From Phoronis australis (taxonomy: Eukaryota > Animalia > Phoronida): a stretch of 64,000 bases of DNA. The position numbers were made by a program, and so were the translations under genes. The stretch is taken from positions 186,001 to 250,000 of the forward strand of contig NMRA01000190.1 in NCBI GenBank assembly GCA_002633005.1. Direction: 5' to 3'. Below the pieces are notes generated by a model. That model had not been told where the DNA came from and searched no databases. It saw only the letters and a list, made by a program, of their open reading frames with translations. Below are positions 1 through 12,587 of the stretch, in pieces; position 1 is the stretch's first letter, and every line of letters starts with the position of its first letter.

Positions 1-1276
1 CTCAATACAATTTTTTCAACACTGACAGAAATTATCTAGGAAAGACGGCATACAATGCGATGTCACGGTAATGCCAACGAGTAAAACTGCCCCGGCCAGT
101 TTGCGTCAGCTTACATTTATGTTGAGCCAACATTCTAGTCGAAAATGATTCCGAGTCCGATTTTGAGTACAAATTAAGCTGCGTTCTGTGCCGTACTTTA
201 AGGAAAGTCGTAATAACTGTGGTAGGCGTGGCCTGAATACGTTTGAAGGAACAATCCATTTAGAGTGCTTCGCGCTGTACCAAAAAGTTTTCCTGCGATT
301 TATTCAGCGTCGGCTGCAGTTGTTGAAAAGAAGTGCCGAAGACGCAAGTAGGAGAACGATCGTCAATGAAAAGTAAGAATTATCAGCCTTCATACACGAC
401 GTCATATGTTGGTCACATATAGTGAGCAATCACTACATAAGAGAACATTTGTATTTTGTTATAAACCTATTTTCTCCTATAGTAATATTTTTCATCATCA
501 TTTCCGACGCAATGATATGCACAAAATCGCAAATATACTCTTGTAAGCACGTTACACAGTTGCAAAGACATAGACAAACAGCAATGGCTGGGCCATATAT
601 TATCTCTTAGTTTCTTACGAATTGTTTTTAAAATAGACTCATTCTAGAAGAATGGGCAAGATGTCCCGACAAAAAATGTTTAATCACAGCTCTTGCACGT
701 TTTCCGATGTTCAAGTCAGAAACAAAAATCGAAACTGGCTGACACTTAGGTATAGTTAGAGATCAGTGTTTCTGCTTTGTTTGTTCTGGCACTGCTGAGG
801 ATAAAAAATACGTTTTATTAGAGTGTCCAGTATATGAAGTTATAGGAGAAAGTTTGGTATTTGTCTTAATATTAATAGCTTTGGTGGTGACCCCTTCATT
901 TATTTGATGAAGTCTTGCAACGTTTGGAACTTATCTCGTTTCATTCACCAAGTTTTTATTGTGCAAAGTTAATTTAATAGTCTATGATATTATGTCAAGC
1001 ACTTTGTTAATTACGCGCTTGTATTTGCTATTTTCATACTTGTATATGGACCGGAGGCCTAAGTACTGAAAGAAATTGATTTGATTAAAGTTTATAGAGT
1101 CTCATAACGGCGTTAACGATAGATAATGGCGAATGAGTTCATCAGCAGGCAACGGAGAAAAAGTTTAGGGACCACAGTATTATCGTTATGCAATTCATCC
1201 CTGGTTAACCTCTGTACGTTGTTATCGGACATCTGCTCATCACCTCGAGGTCCTCAGTTCATAACGATCTACAGCT

Positions 1277-4200
1277 ATGTCTTGGCGGGCTGTGTGTTTT
1301 TGTTTGGTGTCCCATGTCTTTGTAGAAATCGGTGAGTCGAAGTTTTTGAGTAGGGTCATCGACTTTTTCATTTAGCGCAGAAATTAGTCACATCTTTTCT
1401 AAAGAGAACATTTGTCGGCAATCACTTTAGCACGCAAGCTTGGTTGAACACACGACAGTGTTGTCTACGACTTTAGAGACGCTCTCTAGACAGTATGTAT
1501 GGTGCTAATGCCAATAGATGGGCTTTTCATGCATTTGGCACCCGCCCACGAGGCCGAATCATTGAGTAGTCCTCATTATTTTCAATTCTCCTTAACGGTT
1601 TAAAAATTTCTTCATTTTTGCCAAATGTGGAACGGAATTATTATAACATTGCTTCTGGATTACGGAAACTGACCTTTTTCCGTGGACGCCAAAGACGCAC
1701 AGTTAAAAAAGAATTGAAGCGAATGGATCTGGGTAGATTTTTTTGTTTAAGTATGCATTAGGTTTTTGAAATCACTTGTACAATTAAAATTAGGCCCTGG
1801 ATTGCTGATTATATTTAGGTTTAATCTTATCTCCACTCTGAATCAAAGTCCTGGGATTAAAGTACTCAGGTCTAACTTTCCTGAAAGTCGTCAAGATAGA
1901 CCTGAAATATAAAAAGGCATTGCAGGTGAAACTTCCATATATAAGCGCTGCTGGGCATAGCAAGAAAATTTAACTAACGGTGGACTGAATTCACAGCTTA
2001 CAGCATGCGCGCACCCAGCCTTTAATATGTGGGGGCTCCAATTTCTGGCGATGTGTACCTTTTGCTGACAAAAAAGCGGCAGGACTAAAAAAAACGGGGT
2101 ACCACCTTCAAAACTGTGAACTGTGTGTCTGTGCCTTTCAGGGAACTTTTGTCTCGTTCTCTCGGACTTTTTTGTTTCTCTGAGGCGGACCTTTTTGCCC
2201 GGCCACTTCGCCAATTCGGGGGGAGGGCTCGTTCGAAGCCCCCAGGGTGCGCGCATGCGACGTTCTTCATGGTGGGCCACCTGCGCGTGCACGTCGACGT
2301 AAGGGGGATCTGGTACCTTGAAGAGTCTATTTTGGCCTCTGCCCTTTGACTAAAATGCTCACGGATGGCTTAGCCTGCTTTACGAAAACATGCTAAGGCT
2401 GAAAGTGGACAGGAAATCTGTCTACACCTCGGAATCAAAAGACAGAAATAAGTACTTTTTTTACTAGACAGAATATAAAACCCCGAGGAACGCAAGAGAC
2501 AACAAATCAACTTTCGGTTATTCGTAGTCAGACTTCTGACGTTAGACTGAAGTTAAAAGACGAAAGCCAATAATTTCATCGAGAAACAGGTCCGCTGTAT
2601 TTTATTATGGGCCATCTTGCTTTAAGACCCATCACGGTCGTTCCTCGCATCACCCTTACGTGGTAGCAAGCGATGGGATCACACTTGCGAGCTTCCAGTT
2701 ATTCAATGTGACGTCACGGTAGTAGGACAAAACCCGCCATATTGCCCTTGTTTTGCCCCGATCTCTGCTATACACACGTTAAATCTTACTGGAGTTCTTA
2801 TGGAGAATTTTACGCTTGAAACGTTAACACAACTTAAGAGATGGTAGATGGATCGTGGAATAACTGTGAATGAATGAAGAAAAGGTGAACTTATTTTGTG
2901 CGAAGCTGTGAACGAACTGAGCTCATAATAAAGATAAAATGACAGGTCGAAAACATTGCCGATCTCGCGTTTAATGTGTAGCCGATTGAAGCTCTCTGTT
3001 TTGTGATTGCGCGCGGTGAAAAAGTTAACGGCGACCAAAAAAGTAGAGTTGGAATTCTTCGCCAAAGCCATCTTAATTCCTGTAGACATGCTTCATCGAG
3101 GATATGTATAGAATCAGACTGAAGGATCGCTGACGGAAAAAGCGCTTTTTTAAAGAATGAAAAACCCGATTTTGGTCAATTACTAGATACTGAAAACGAC
3201 CTTCCTATCCTGTTCTCTAAAGCAAAGTAATGCTCTGTAACTCTCGACAATCCTCAAAACTTTGGAGAAAACCTGAAAACTCTTTCAAAGTCTCCTAAAC
3301 GGGCATGCATGACGAACACTTTTAGAGAATTACACGGCAACTGTGGGAATAGACCACCAACCAAGTACCGCAATGTCCAATCTGTGATGTACATGTAGAG
3401 AGCATGAGTTTTTAGTTGATTCCTGGATTTAACTTGGAATATTGACTCCTATGATGCATTTGCCGGGTGACAAAACAAGGATTTGTTGAAATCATCAAAA
3501 CAGGGTTTAGTATTCTTTTAAGTGACGATGTATTTTTGACGAGGCGAAATCCCTTTATTCAGTGATCGGATTTAGGCTACGGCCGTTAAAAATACACTGG
3601 ATGAGATTCGTACAGAAAGTGGAGGGATGTGGCCCCTGTCTAGTAAGCCAGAGAGTTTCGGGATCGAACTTGCAACCACGTAGTCACAGTCTACTGGCGG
3701 AAGTAAAACTCTAAATCCCACTCCAGGAAAGTACTTTGATTTAAACCATCTGCCTTGATTTCAGCGATTTATAATAAAATCCTAAAACAACGGATTTTGC
3801 TGTCATACAGCTCTGATCATAGCTAATAACTTCGAAGCCTACCCCCATCCAATATCAATCTCAAAATACGTTTTTGGTGGTATTCCTCTTTAAAACGAGC
3901 GCTCACATTGCTTCTTTGGCAATCGGCAATCAATTTTTTTAAAAAGGTATGTTGAGCGCTGATAGGTAAAACGAATATTACCTTGGGTTATCCAATCTTA
4001 CACAATGGCGAGTGTTGAGTGTTTATTTAAATTTTAATTGCGACGATCACAACAACTGAGTCGAGAAATAATGCAAGTTTTAACTTGCCTATGGTTACAC
4101 TGTGGTCAGAAAAAAGTTCAATTTCCTCAGTCAGTGGATGGGTCCCATGCTGCGGCCTGAAGTTAAGTCAGTTACTCTTCACATTTTATTTTTTAACAGA

Positions 4201-7200
4201 TAAATGTACTCATTGGTGTTGCTTATTTTCAAGCTTTCCTATTACATGCATTTTGTAGGAGACTACACATTGTGCTTTCTTAGACATTTATTGATACAGT
4301 GAACTTTATTTTGCAGTTGTCAGTCAACAAACGAGCTGTGGTATGACAAGGACTGCACCCAAGTTGTCCACACACAAGATCGTAGGAGGGCAAGAGGCTG
4401 TTCCTCACAGTTCACCATGGATGGTAAAAGAAGTTGGCCTATTAAGAACAGGTGTCAGCTGCAAACTAAATCCGCCGCAAACTGCGTGCGCAATCAGACT
4501 AACAAACCATACTCGCGAAACTCACCAGCGTTCTAACCCATAGCGCTTTTGCCAGGAATACATTTTTTCTCATGATTTCATGCACAGAAATTCTTGTCAT
4601 GAGCAATTTTATAGAAATTAAGTGGCAATAAAATGATAACGATTCAACGTTATTTTTATCTTTATTAAAAATGTCATCCACTCAAAACAATTTTGATTTG
4701 TAAAGTTTGGTTACCTTGGGATTTCATTAGAAATGATTTTAAGACCAACACTGATGACTACTCTGATTTCTAGCGTAAACCGAAATATTCCAACTGAAGC
4801 TGTTAGCGAAGTGTGAAGATTGAACTGTTTGGGGACATACAATACCATACATCTCGCTCAACAAAATTCTGTTCTTTCGTCAGGTGGGGGTGTATAGGCT
4901 GGGTCGGCACTGGTGCGGTGGTACGCTCATAAATACCCAGTGGATAGTAACGGCTGCGCATTGTCTGGACGGGTAAGTAGGCCGACTCTGAGGAGTAGCT
5001 GCTAAGAACAAGGAGAAGGTTAGCAAGTTGGTAACGGGAACCGAAATGATAATTTAGAAAACTATTACAGCGATTTGAGATATCATTATTGATGTTTATG
5101 TGAAACGAGATGTGAACATGGTATTGCAACTGTTGGTGCACTGGCCTACAAAATGGCGTTACTGACAGGGGATGTGCTGAATTATGGGGTAGAATTCTCT
5201 GTTTCCGTGAGCTTCGCTAGAGTGACCTGTGGGTCTACGGAACACATCTCTAGTCTTCGTTACCGTAATCGCGAAACTCAGGCTTCTTTACCGACCGATG
5301 TCCTAATCACCATAAAATCTTATCTTCAACCGGCAATGCAAACTTCAGAATGCTGATTAGACACTCAGTAAAGTAACTTTCGCAGCAAAACCGAAACACA
5401 GTTGAACTACTTCATTGTAAACTTGTCAAATTTCTACCCCTCGTACTCTATTCTGTTTCTAATATTTGTTTGTAAGTATCAGCAGTATTCTTTGCATGAA
5501 AAAGTAGTCATGCAGCAATGAGATCAGATTAAAGAGTATTTTCCCAGCAAATTGATTAAACAGTGATAAACGATAACTTTTGTGTCACGTTTGAAAACCA
5601 TGTAAATACTTTCAGGAAACATCGCCGGCTACGCTCCGTGACACCAGAGAATACAAGTTTTTTTACGGTAACTCTTGGCGACCATCGCCGGTCGAAAGCG
5701 GAAAGTACCGAACAAATACGAGGTGTAGAGAAAATAGTAATGAATCCTTCGTTTGAACTCTCCAACGTCAACCAACACGACATTGCACTGGTAAAATTGA
5801 GCGCACCCGTGACATTAAATGAATTTGTTCAGCCATCGTGTTTCGCCGACAAGACGTTTTCTTACTCTGCCGGAAAGAGGTGTATTATCTTGGGTTGGGG
5901 TTCAACTTTGAGTGGTAAGACTTTAAGTATATTTCAAACCTTATTCATAAAAATTGACCGTTTTGCAACATTTCACATTATGTCTAGCAAAGCACCTTAT
6001 TTTCACTCTCGGGAACTACAAATACGAAATATATACCGAGAAAAAAGATTTAGCAGAATCACCTTGGATCAGTGCAATCGCGTGGAACTTCATGATTACT
6101 ACTTATTCGAGGTCAAAGGTTACAAGGCTGACACTCAAATCGAATATCCCGTCAGGTAATGGCAGTTCCGTATGTACCCTCAGTCCTTTCATTTACCGAA
6201 GAAAACGAAGACAAAACGTAGTTTTGATCCTGAGAGAGTTGTGCGTCTGCATCCATACCACCGTTGAGAATGAATGCTCCGAGTCGCTGCACGCCTTGAC
6301 CTGTGACTTTGTGTTCAAGAGCGCAAAAAATTGTGGAAAGAGATAAATCCTCGCCCAAATTCATTAATTTGATAGGTTATTTGGCATTTCGTTGTTTCGA
6401 TCTCATGCTCACGACGCGCTTTAACCACCGAATCGATTTCTGTTGTCCATTTCGAACTTGGTTTCATAAATATAATTCAGCTTCCTGGCGCGTGCGGTAT
6501 ATAACAGTGAACTGTTAGCCTACTTTTAAGTAGATCAACAGTTGACCCCTCCTTGACTGGAGACGGTTACAAAATCAAAACGTTTTAGCAATAATTTATT
6601 TCATCACGTACTGCAAATTCAGTTGACATAGCGAGTGAATGTTGAAATCGCGAAGATGGTTAAGGCATGTAAAGGTTATATTGAACGAAAACAAGTTTTC
6701 ACTGAATAATTAATCAAAGTCCTTGAGATTTTCACGCCTCACAGCTCAATCGACTTTTTCTCGTCTTCGGCAAATCGACTTAAATTGAACTTAGGAACAC
6801 AAGATCTCAAAAACGGCTTGGTAGGTTTTGCTGAAACTTTCCAAACTCAACATTTATTCATCAATCTCAAAAACGGTATTAAGATTTTTCGACATAAAGG
6901 CCTAGTTTTTGCGCAATGAAACAAAGACGAATACGACTGTTATTTTCTACAAAAATATCTTACGTTTTGCGAGTTGATTTGTCATAGAAATCAAACTAAA
7001 AGACTAATAAAAATTCCCAACACTGTTTTTGGTGAAGTTTTCATTTAAAAATGTTTCATTAAAATCGGCTGAGAGGTTATTTGGTATTATTGTACCTTTC
7101 TTTTTCACTAAATAGTTCTAAAATACAAGGTCAAGTGACCAAAACACTGGAATGAAGTTTTTAAAAATCCAATCCTATAGATTGTGTGCCTTAAGCAGGC

Positions 7201-10200
7201 TCTTTTCTACTTAGTACATACTTTTATAGATATTTGGCTAAATGGGCAGACTTCTCGTTTTGAGTGCGAAATTCGTCGCTAGCTGCGACAGTACTTTTTC
7301 GACCGACACGCTAGTACAAGACTTCCATTGGGTCTTCTTGAAAAGGAAATTTTGACTTAAAAAACTATTACGTAATAAATATAATGGCACATAAATGTAA
7401 ACGCTTTTTTATCATTCCTGAAAGATTTTATTTCAGAAAATATATACTTTTTCATGTTGACAAAGTCTGTTATATGAGGCCACTAAATAAGGTTTGAGAT
7501 AACCTTAAGATATACATGCATCAAAAATGTTCTGTGCTGAGACAACTGCAACATGTTTACACCAGTTAAACTCAGTTTTTGTAAACAGATATCACTTGTC
7601 GAGACGTTCATTCTCCTTCAAATGAACGTTTATAGTATCAACTTTGAACAAATGATCGTTTGTTTTTACATTTAAATTTAACGGTGAAATACGTTTTAAA
7701 GGCGAAGGCAACCTTTTTCCATGTCATTTTGAGCTAAAATAAGGTTGGTTGGTTATCCTAGACATATTTTCCACTTAATTACAGCTTTTCGTAATTTTAT
7801 TAATTACTCGTCCGCTCTTCCGGAAGTGACGTTTTAGGAGGCAAGCATTTCGCGCATATTTCTTTTCATAGAGTCTGACTGTGAGAGCTGCCGAGTCAGT
7901 CATTGTTCTACCTCGGTTGTGTTAAGTTCCGTCGTCGTTTGCTTTCATTTACTAGTCCATCAATATGCCACACTTTTGCTGCGTACCAGGATATACTAAT
8001 TATCGGCTCACGCGCGCTTTGGGAGTACTTTTGCATCGCTTTCCGATGGATGACACACTTCGCCGTACTTGGCTCGTTCGTGTGAAGAACGCAGCGTTAC
8101 CCGTCCACGCAAAGTACAAAGCAGTGGAGAATTACCGTGTGTGCGGCAAGCACTTTCTGCCGTCCGATTACGAAAGGGATTTGTACGCTGAACTGATGAA
8201 GGTCCCTGCGAAACAATGACGTCTGAAGAAGGTTGTCATTCCGTCTGTCGATTCCCGGCAGTGCCTCGTCGCCACCCTCGAGAAGTGCGTATTTGAAGCG
8301 AGAAGCCACGCGAGCTGTGGCCAGGTGACTGGAGCCAGTGAAGGCACTTCATCTACTGTCACCCGTGCCTCCGAACGTACCCCAGAGCGTGCAATTCCTG
8401 GAACCAGTAGTGATTCACTCTGTGCTGTTTTCTCCAGCCCAGAGCCTCTAAGCAGCCCTGCAGCGATATTGAGTAGTGTGAGTGATTACAGGCTCAGTTC
8501 GACACCCAGTGAAGAGGACAGTTCGTCGTCCAGTGAACAGATCGGTGAGCCAAACTTTGATAAGTTTATTGTGGACTTGTCTAAAGTGTTGGAGCTATTT
8601 AGAAGGTGCCAAGTGTGTGGCGAGGGAGTCACACGACACGATGTCAGCAGTTTGGGTGCTCAGGTCACCATCCAGTGGGAGTGTGTCAGGGAATACTCTG
8701 GCAAGTGGGACAGTTGTTCATCTGTCCGTGGTATGCCGGAGGTCCACTTAACCATGTCCAGTAGTGGCTTGGCCTCGTCGAACTCTGAACAGCACAAGCA
8801 TTCCATTGAGGTAGGCATAACAACGCACACAATGCATTAATTGCACCAAGATGTGTCACCACGTCTGTCCTCAGTAGCCGCCTCGTTTCTCTCAACAGCT
8901 GCCTGTGCCTGTGCGTACTCTGCCTCGTTATACTCGGGCTCAGACATGTACCCACCCACTGAATGTCCGTGAAAAAATTCATCGTCACCACTGCTGTGAA
9001 CAAGGTCTCCGTCACTCACACTACTGTCACTGTGATACGGGTCACCGACTCCAGCCATTTTCAGCTTACAACACACTAAACAATTCCTAAATCCAACGTA
9101 GTTGAGCTCTCTACTAACCTATCTTGCCGCAGAATACTCGCCGATGGAAAGTGGTGGCGACAATTGTTGAAAAACAGCACAAAACAAAAGTAGAATAGAA
9201 CAGATTCGCACGGTAAAGTCAACACAAAACCAAGTGGCGGGAAACGCTTGCCTCCTAAAACGTCACTTCCGGAGTAGCGGACGAGTAACCTATAAAATTA
9301 CGAAAAGCTGTAATTAAGTGGAAAATATGTCTAGGATAACCAACCAACCTTATTTTAGCTCAAAATGACATGGAAAAAGGTTGCCTTCGCCTTTAAGGTA
9401 TTTCTTTGCAGTTTAAGTTTCGTGCTAAGAACTTACTTAAAGTATTTCTCCGAATAAAATAGAAGGGAACTTTTATATCATTTGGCTTCTTTCGGTTAAT
9501 TTCATGTTTTCATGTTTTGTATTTTTTTTTTAATTTCCCGATTAACAAGCTGATTCAGACGACGTCTTGCGCCAAGCAACTGTGCCTCTTGTATCGAATT
9601 CTGTGTGTCAATCATCAAAGTACCTTGGACGCGATTTCAAGCCACAGTCAATGGTGTGCGCTGGCTATCAAAGGGGAGGCATAGACGGGTGTCAGGTATA
9701 CTTCACCAATAGTTGGGACAACTCGAGGTCGTTTTACCGCGCCCCTGTACACTGTACCTCAACAACTACTTGCCTCTGGAACACGAGTAGAAATTTTCAA
9801 AACGTAGCCTACTGTAAGAAGCACGGATCGTGAATGAGTAGGACTGGCCTTCAGATGGGAGTACCGGACCCAGGATTAAGAGCGATTGGGCGAGAAGGGC
9901 GGACCTTCAGCTGGGAAGAACGGGCTCAAAAGGGGAAGGGTGGACAAGAAATGGGAAGGATGAGATTTTGGTGGAAAGACAGGGCATTTTTTTCATTTTT
10001 CAACACCAAGAAGCTCCGATCAACATGCTTCTCAAATACGGGGCTATCAAATTGGGTTACTAAGGCCAAAGTTAGCAAAACTGATTCTGGCCTGTGTCTT
10101 TTGAGAATTGATGCTGTAGTCATAAAATTCTTGAAACATCACCGCAAGGGGTGGGGGTAGGTTCTTCAGCGGCTTGTCTTCATGTCTTCAGGGTTACTAC

Positions 10201-11813
10201 AGAGAAACGATTCGTTTAATGATAAATTATCAGTATAATGCAACCGAACATTACTTGTTACGCGGTTATACTTCATTATTTTTTGCAGCATTTAGACTAA
10301 TTTTCCGAATGTTTATCTTATAACTATTCACCATTGCTTCGAAGAGAAATTGGGTTTTTATTTTTAAATGTTTTTGAATTAATTGTAGACGAGTAAGGTT
10401 GGGAGAATTGTCGCCTAAGTCTGTTTTGAAAATACAGAGGTGTTAATGTTTCGTCCTACATGGACAAAACAAAAACGAAATGGATAATTGTTTACATCTT
10501 ATTTAGCCTGCACAAATCAAATGTTTTGAACATTTTCTGCAATTTAAGAACACAAAAGAAGAGTTTTGGAGAAATTTTTCGAAAAATACAACGTTATTTT
10601 TTGATGTTTCAACAATTGTTAAACTGTGATTGTCGTCCAAAACACTATTAAAATGTAGAACCCTCTTTGCGATTGATTGAAAGAATAGCGAATTATAGAA
10701 AATACAAGACCGAATTTTAGAAATTTAGGAAATATATTCAGTTCTTATCACGTGTCGATTTCACAAGATATCAACAGGTTTTTACAAGATATTGTCATGT
10801 CTTACGAATGAAGTGAGTGTATAAACTGGATTTACTCCCCAGACAGACGAGCTGTCGGCCAAGGGGTAAAGTTCACCACTGAAGTTCAGCATGTTTCCTC
10901 AACATCCGTCATTTGACGTCACGACACGTTCACTCTTTGTTATCAATTTTTTAATAAAAAGTCTGTGGATAGAGATAAGTAATCTATCGATAGGGGTAGG
11001 ACTCAGACGAAACAACAGGCACCATAGTCATAAATGAATTAATGCGGGGATAAACGAAGTTCTCTTGTCTCTACCAAAGATACAAGTAGTTACAAATAAA
11101 ATTTGCTGCTACACATGTACACGTGTGCGCTTTAAAATAAGCGGTATGGCTAGTAAAACGCCAGCAGTTTTGGGGTAACTCAAACTGCCAGCAAAGCGCC
11201 AGACAAAATTATGCTCGTAACCATTCACGTGTCTGGTGTTTTTGTTACTAAGCAAAAGTGCCATCGAAAGCCTTATTTATGAACGGCCGGTAACAGTAGT
11301 TTGCGACCGTCAGAAAAACTAAATATTATCCAAAATTTCATTCGTAAAATAAAATCGAGTTTGTACGTACAAAAATGTCGAACTGGAAATTAGGTCGAAA
11401 TAAAAATTGTCATCATGACGTCAACTTATTATTTTCGTCCATTTTAGCGTGACAGTGGCGGCCCTCTTCTGTGCGCTGATAATGGCAAATGGTTTTTAGC
11501 AGGTAACGTAAATTACCATACCTTACGTAACATTTTGCGCTCCAGCATTTATCTCAAGCGGCAGACTTCAGTTGTTGTTGTATGAAAAGCTTGCTGACGT
11601 AATTATTTCGAAAATATTCGAACAAGTTGCTTTATGACGCAAACGATTAAAATGTGTTGTTATACGTGTTGAAAATTTACATTTTCATCCTTTTTTCTCT
11701 TTTATGTTTCAGGCGTGTCCAGTTGGGGTTATGGCTGTGCCCTGCCATACAAACCTGGAGTTTACACAAGAGTCAGCACGTACAGCGATTGGATAAAAAA
11801 GACAATTTCATAG
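1277..11813 (+). CDS. Secreted trypsin-like serine protease (peptidase S1A), 7 coding exons, 283 aa: join(1277..1331,4317..4423,4884..4972,5616..5914,9550..9695,11448..11502,11713..11813)
   Basis: All introns GT-AG with compatible phases (852 nt). Product has a hydrophobic N-terminus [21 protein letters not shown], propeptide Cys (TSCG), activation site K|[20 protein letters not shown] (His57), HDIALVKL (Asp102), GWG, MVCAG, GIDGCQRDSGGP (Asp189, Ser195) and [18 protein letters not shown]. Exon 1 and the exon 5 acceptor (9550 vs in-frame 9559) are the least certain parts. Confidence 0.92.
7820..7831 (+). promoter_or_regulatory. ETS/CRE composite motif in the left Kolobok TIR (mirror copy at 9261-9272)
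   Basis: CCGGAAGTGACG lies in both TIRs, each copy upstream of an inward-facing ORF. Confidence 0.4.
7965..8750 (+). pseudogene. THAP-domain Kolobok transposase, N-terminal remnant
   Basis: MPHFCCVPG...LHRFP...W...YRVCGKHF (C2CH THAP, second Cys altered) with an in-frame TGA at 8217-8219 before [10 protein letters not shown]. The same frame continues into [19 protein letters not shown]...W-C...W-S (ORF 8325). No DDE core is present. Confidence 0.85.
8750..9058 (-). pseudogene. KolX accessory gene remnant (Cys-rich, related to the P2X7 C-terminal ballast/Nanor domain)
   Basis: ATG at 9058: acidic N-terminus, GGYMSEPEY, then [26 protein letters not shown], matching the WCxC-xC-MPT-ECxCCxE KolX motif. 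In-frame TAA at 8837-8839; truncated at ~8750. Confidence 0.78.
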
Positions 11814-11973
11814 TCAATGACCTTTGACCCCTGCATGAGTCAGACAACATTGACAGAACAATTAAAGCTTGATCTCAAACAATAACAAACTGTGGGTTCT
11901 TGCAAAGCCCAAAAATCCCATCTGCTTTGACGAAGGAAAATATAAGACCAACTTCATAACGTAAAGTAATCTA

Positions 11974-12028
11974 AATAAAAATTCTTGGACCGCTTAAAAT
12001 GTGTTCGAAATGCAAACGACACAATAAA
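11974..12028 (+). promoter_or_regulatory. Candidate polyadenylation signals of the protease gene
   Basis: AATAAA at 11974-11979 and 12023-12028, about 160-210 nt after the TAG stop. Confidence 0.4.
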
Positions 12029-12587
12029 AAGTAACAAATTGCATGTACGCTATTTAAAATACTCTACCAGTTAAATATCCTTGTAATATAGATTTGCCAA
12101 TTATCAAGTTGAGTTTAGGTACGTCTGCGCGCGTTAGATTGCAGTCACGTGGAGTTTCGGCTCTGCGCCGCTCAGCTTCGTCCCCAAGCCTCGAGATAGC
12201 GCTGATCGGTTTAGCCATTTGGCCATCTTGAGATTTGGGACGAGGCTGTGCCCTGAAGATGACACTTTGTCTACGCGATAGTGTTCCTTTAACAACTCTC
12301 GCACTTGCACTGGGCTCAGGCATTTATCTTACAGCCGTTTTAGTACAAACCCGATATATAATAGGCCTACAATGCGACCAGATAAGTATACTACAGAACG
12401 TGAATTCTCTTGCATAACAGTGGGGTAGGTTTGCAAAAGAGTCATGAGACAGTTTCCAGACATCTTGCTCCAAATTAATTAACGGAAAAACAGTTTCAAA
12501 ACCTATTTTGTAACCCGTGTTGATCAATGTGCGTGGTTTCGTCACAGAAATACAATACTGCACTGACGTGCGAATGAGAATCCGAGT

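Larger units (their letters stand above)
7700..9392 (+). mobile_element. Kolobok-superfamily DNA transposon, internally deleted non-autonomous copy (~1.7 kb) in protease intron 4
   Basis: TTAA on both sides (7696-7699, 9393-9396). Termini 5'-AGGCGAAGGCAACC...GGTTGCCTTCGCCT-3' (RR..YY). TIRs ~150 bp (7700-~7851 / ~9241-9392), the outer ~100 bp apparently perfect. THAP ORF on + and convergent Cys-rich ORF on -, the established Kolobok layout. Confidence 0.9.

Noticed and set aside
1891-3089. ORFs of 133 and 128 aa in protease intron 1
   Set aside because: No domain motifs; GC-rich repeat-like DNA, part of which resembles 26558-26620.
3630-3725. Minus-strand SINE-like B-box (GTTCGATCCC)
   Set aside because: Too degenerate to define an A-box or boundaries.
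6670-7508. Second, older Kolobok-like MITE in protease intron 4
   Set aside because: Ends (TAAAGGTTATATTGAAC / GTTTGAGATAACCTTAA) are only loosely complementary and the left TTAA is imperfect; suggestive but unsupported.
7696-9396. piggyBac or P-element assignment for the TTAA/THAP element
   Set aside because: Ends are AGG..CCT rather than CCY..RGG, the TSD is TTAA rather than 7-8 bp, and a convergent KolX-like ORF is present; all fit Kolobok.
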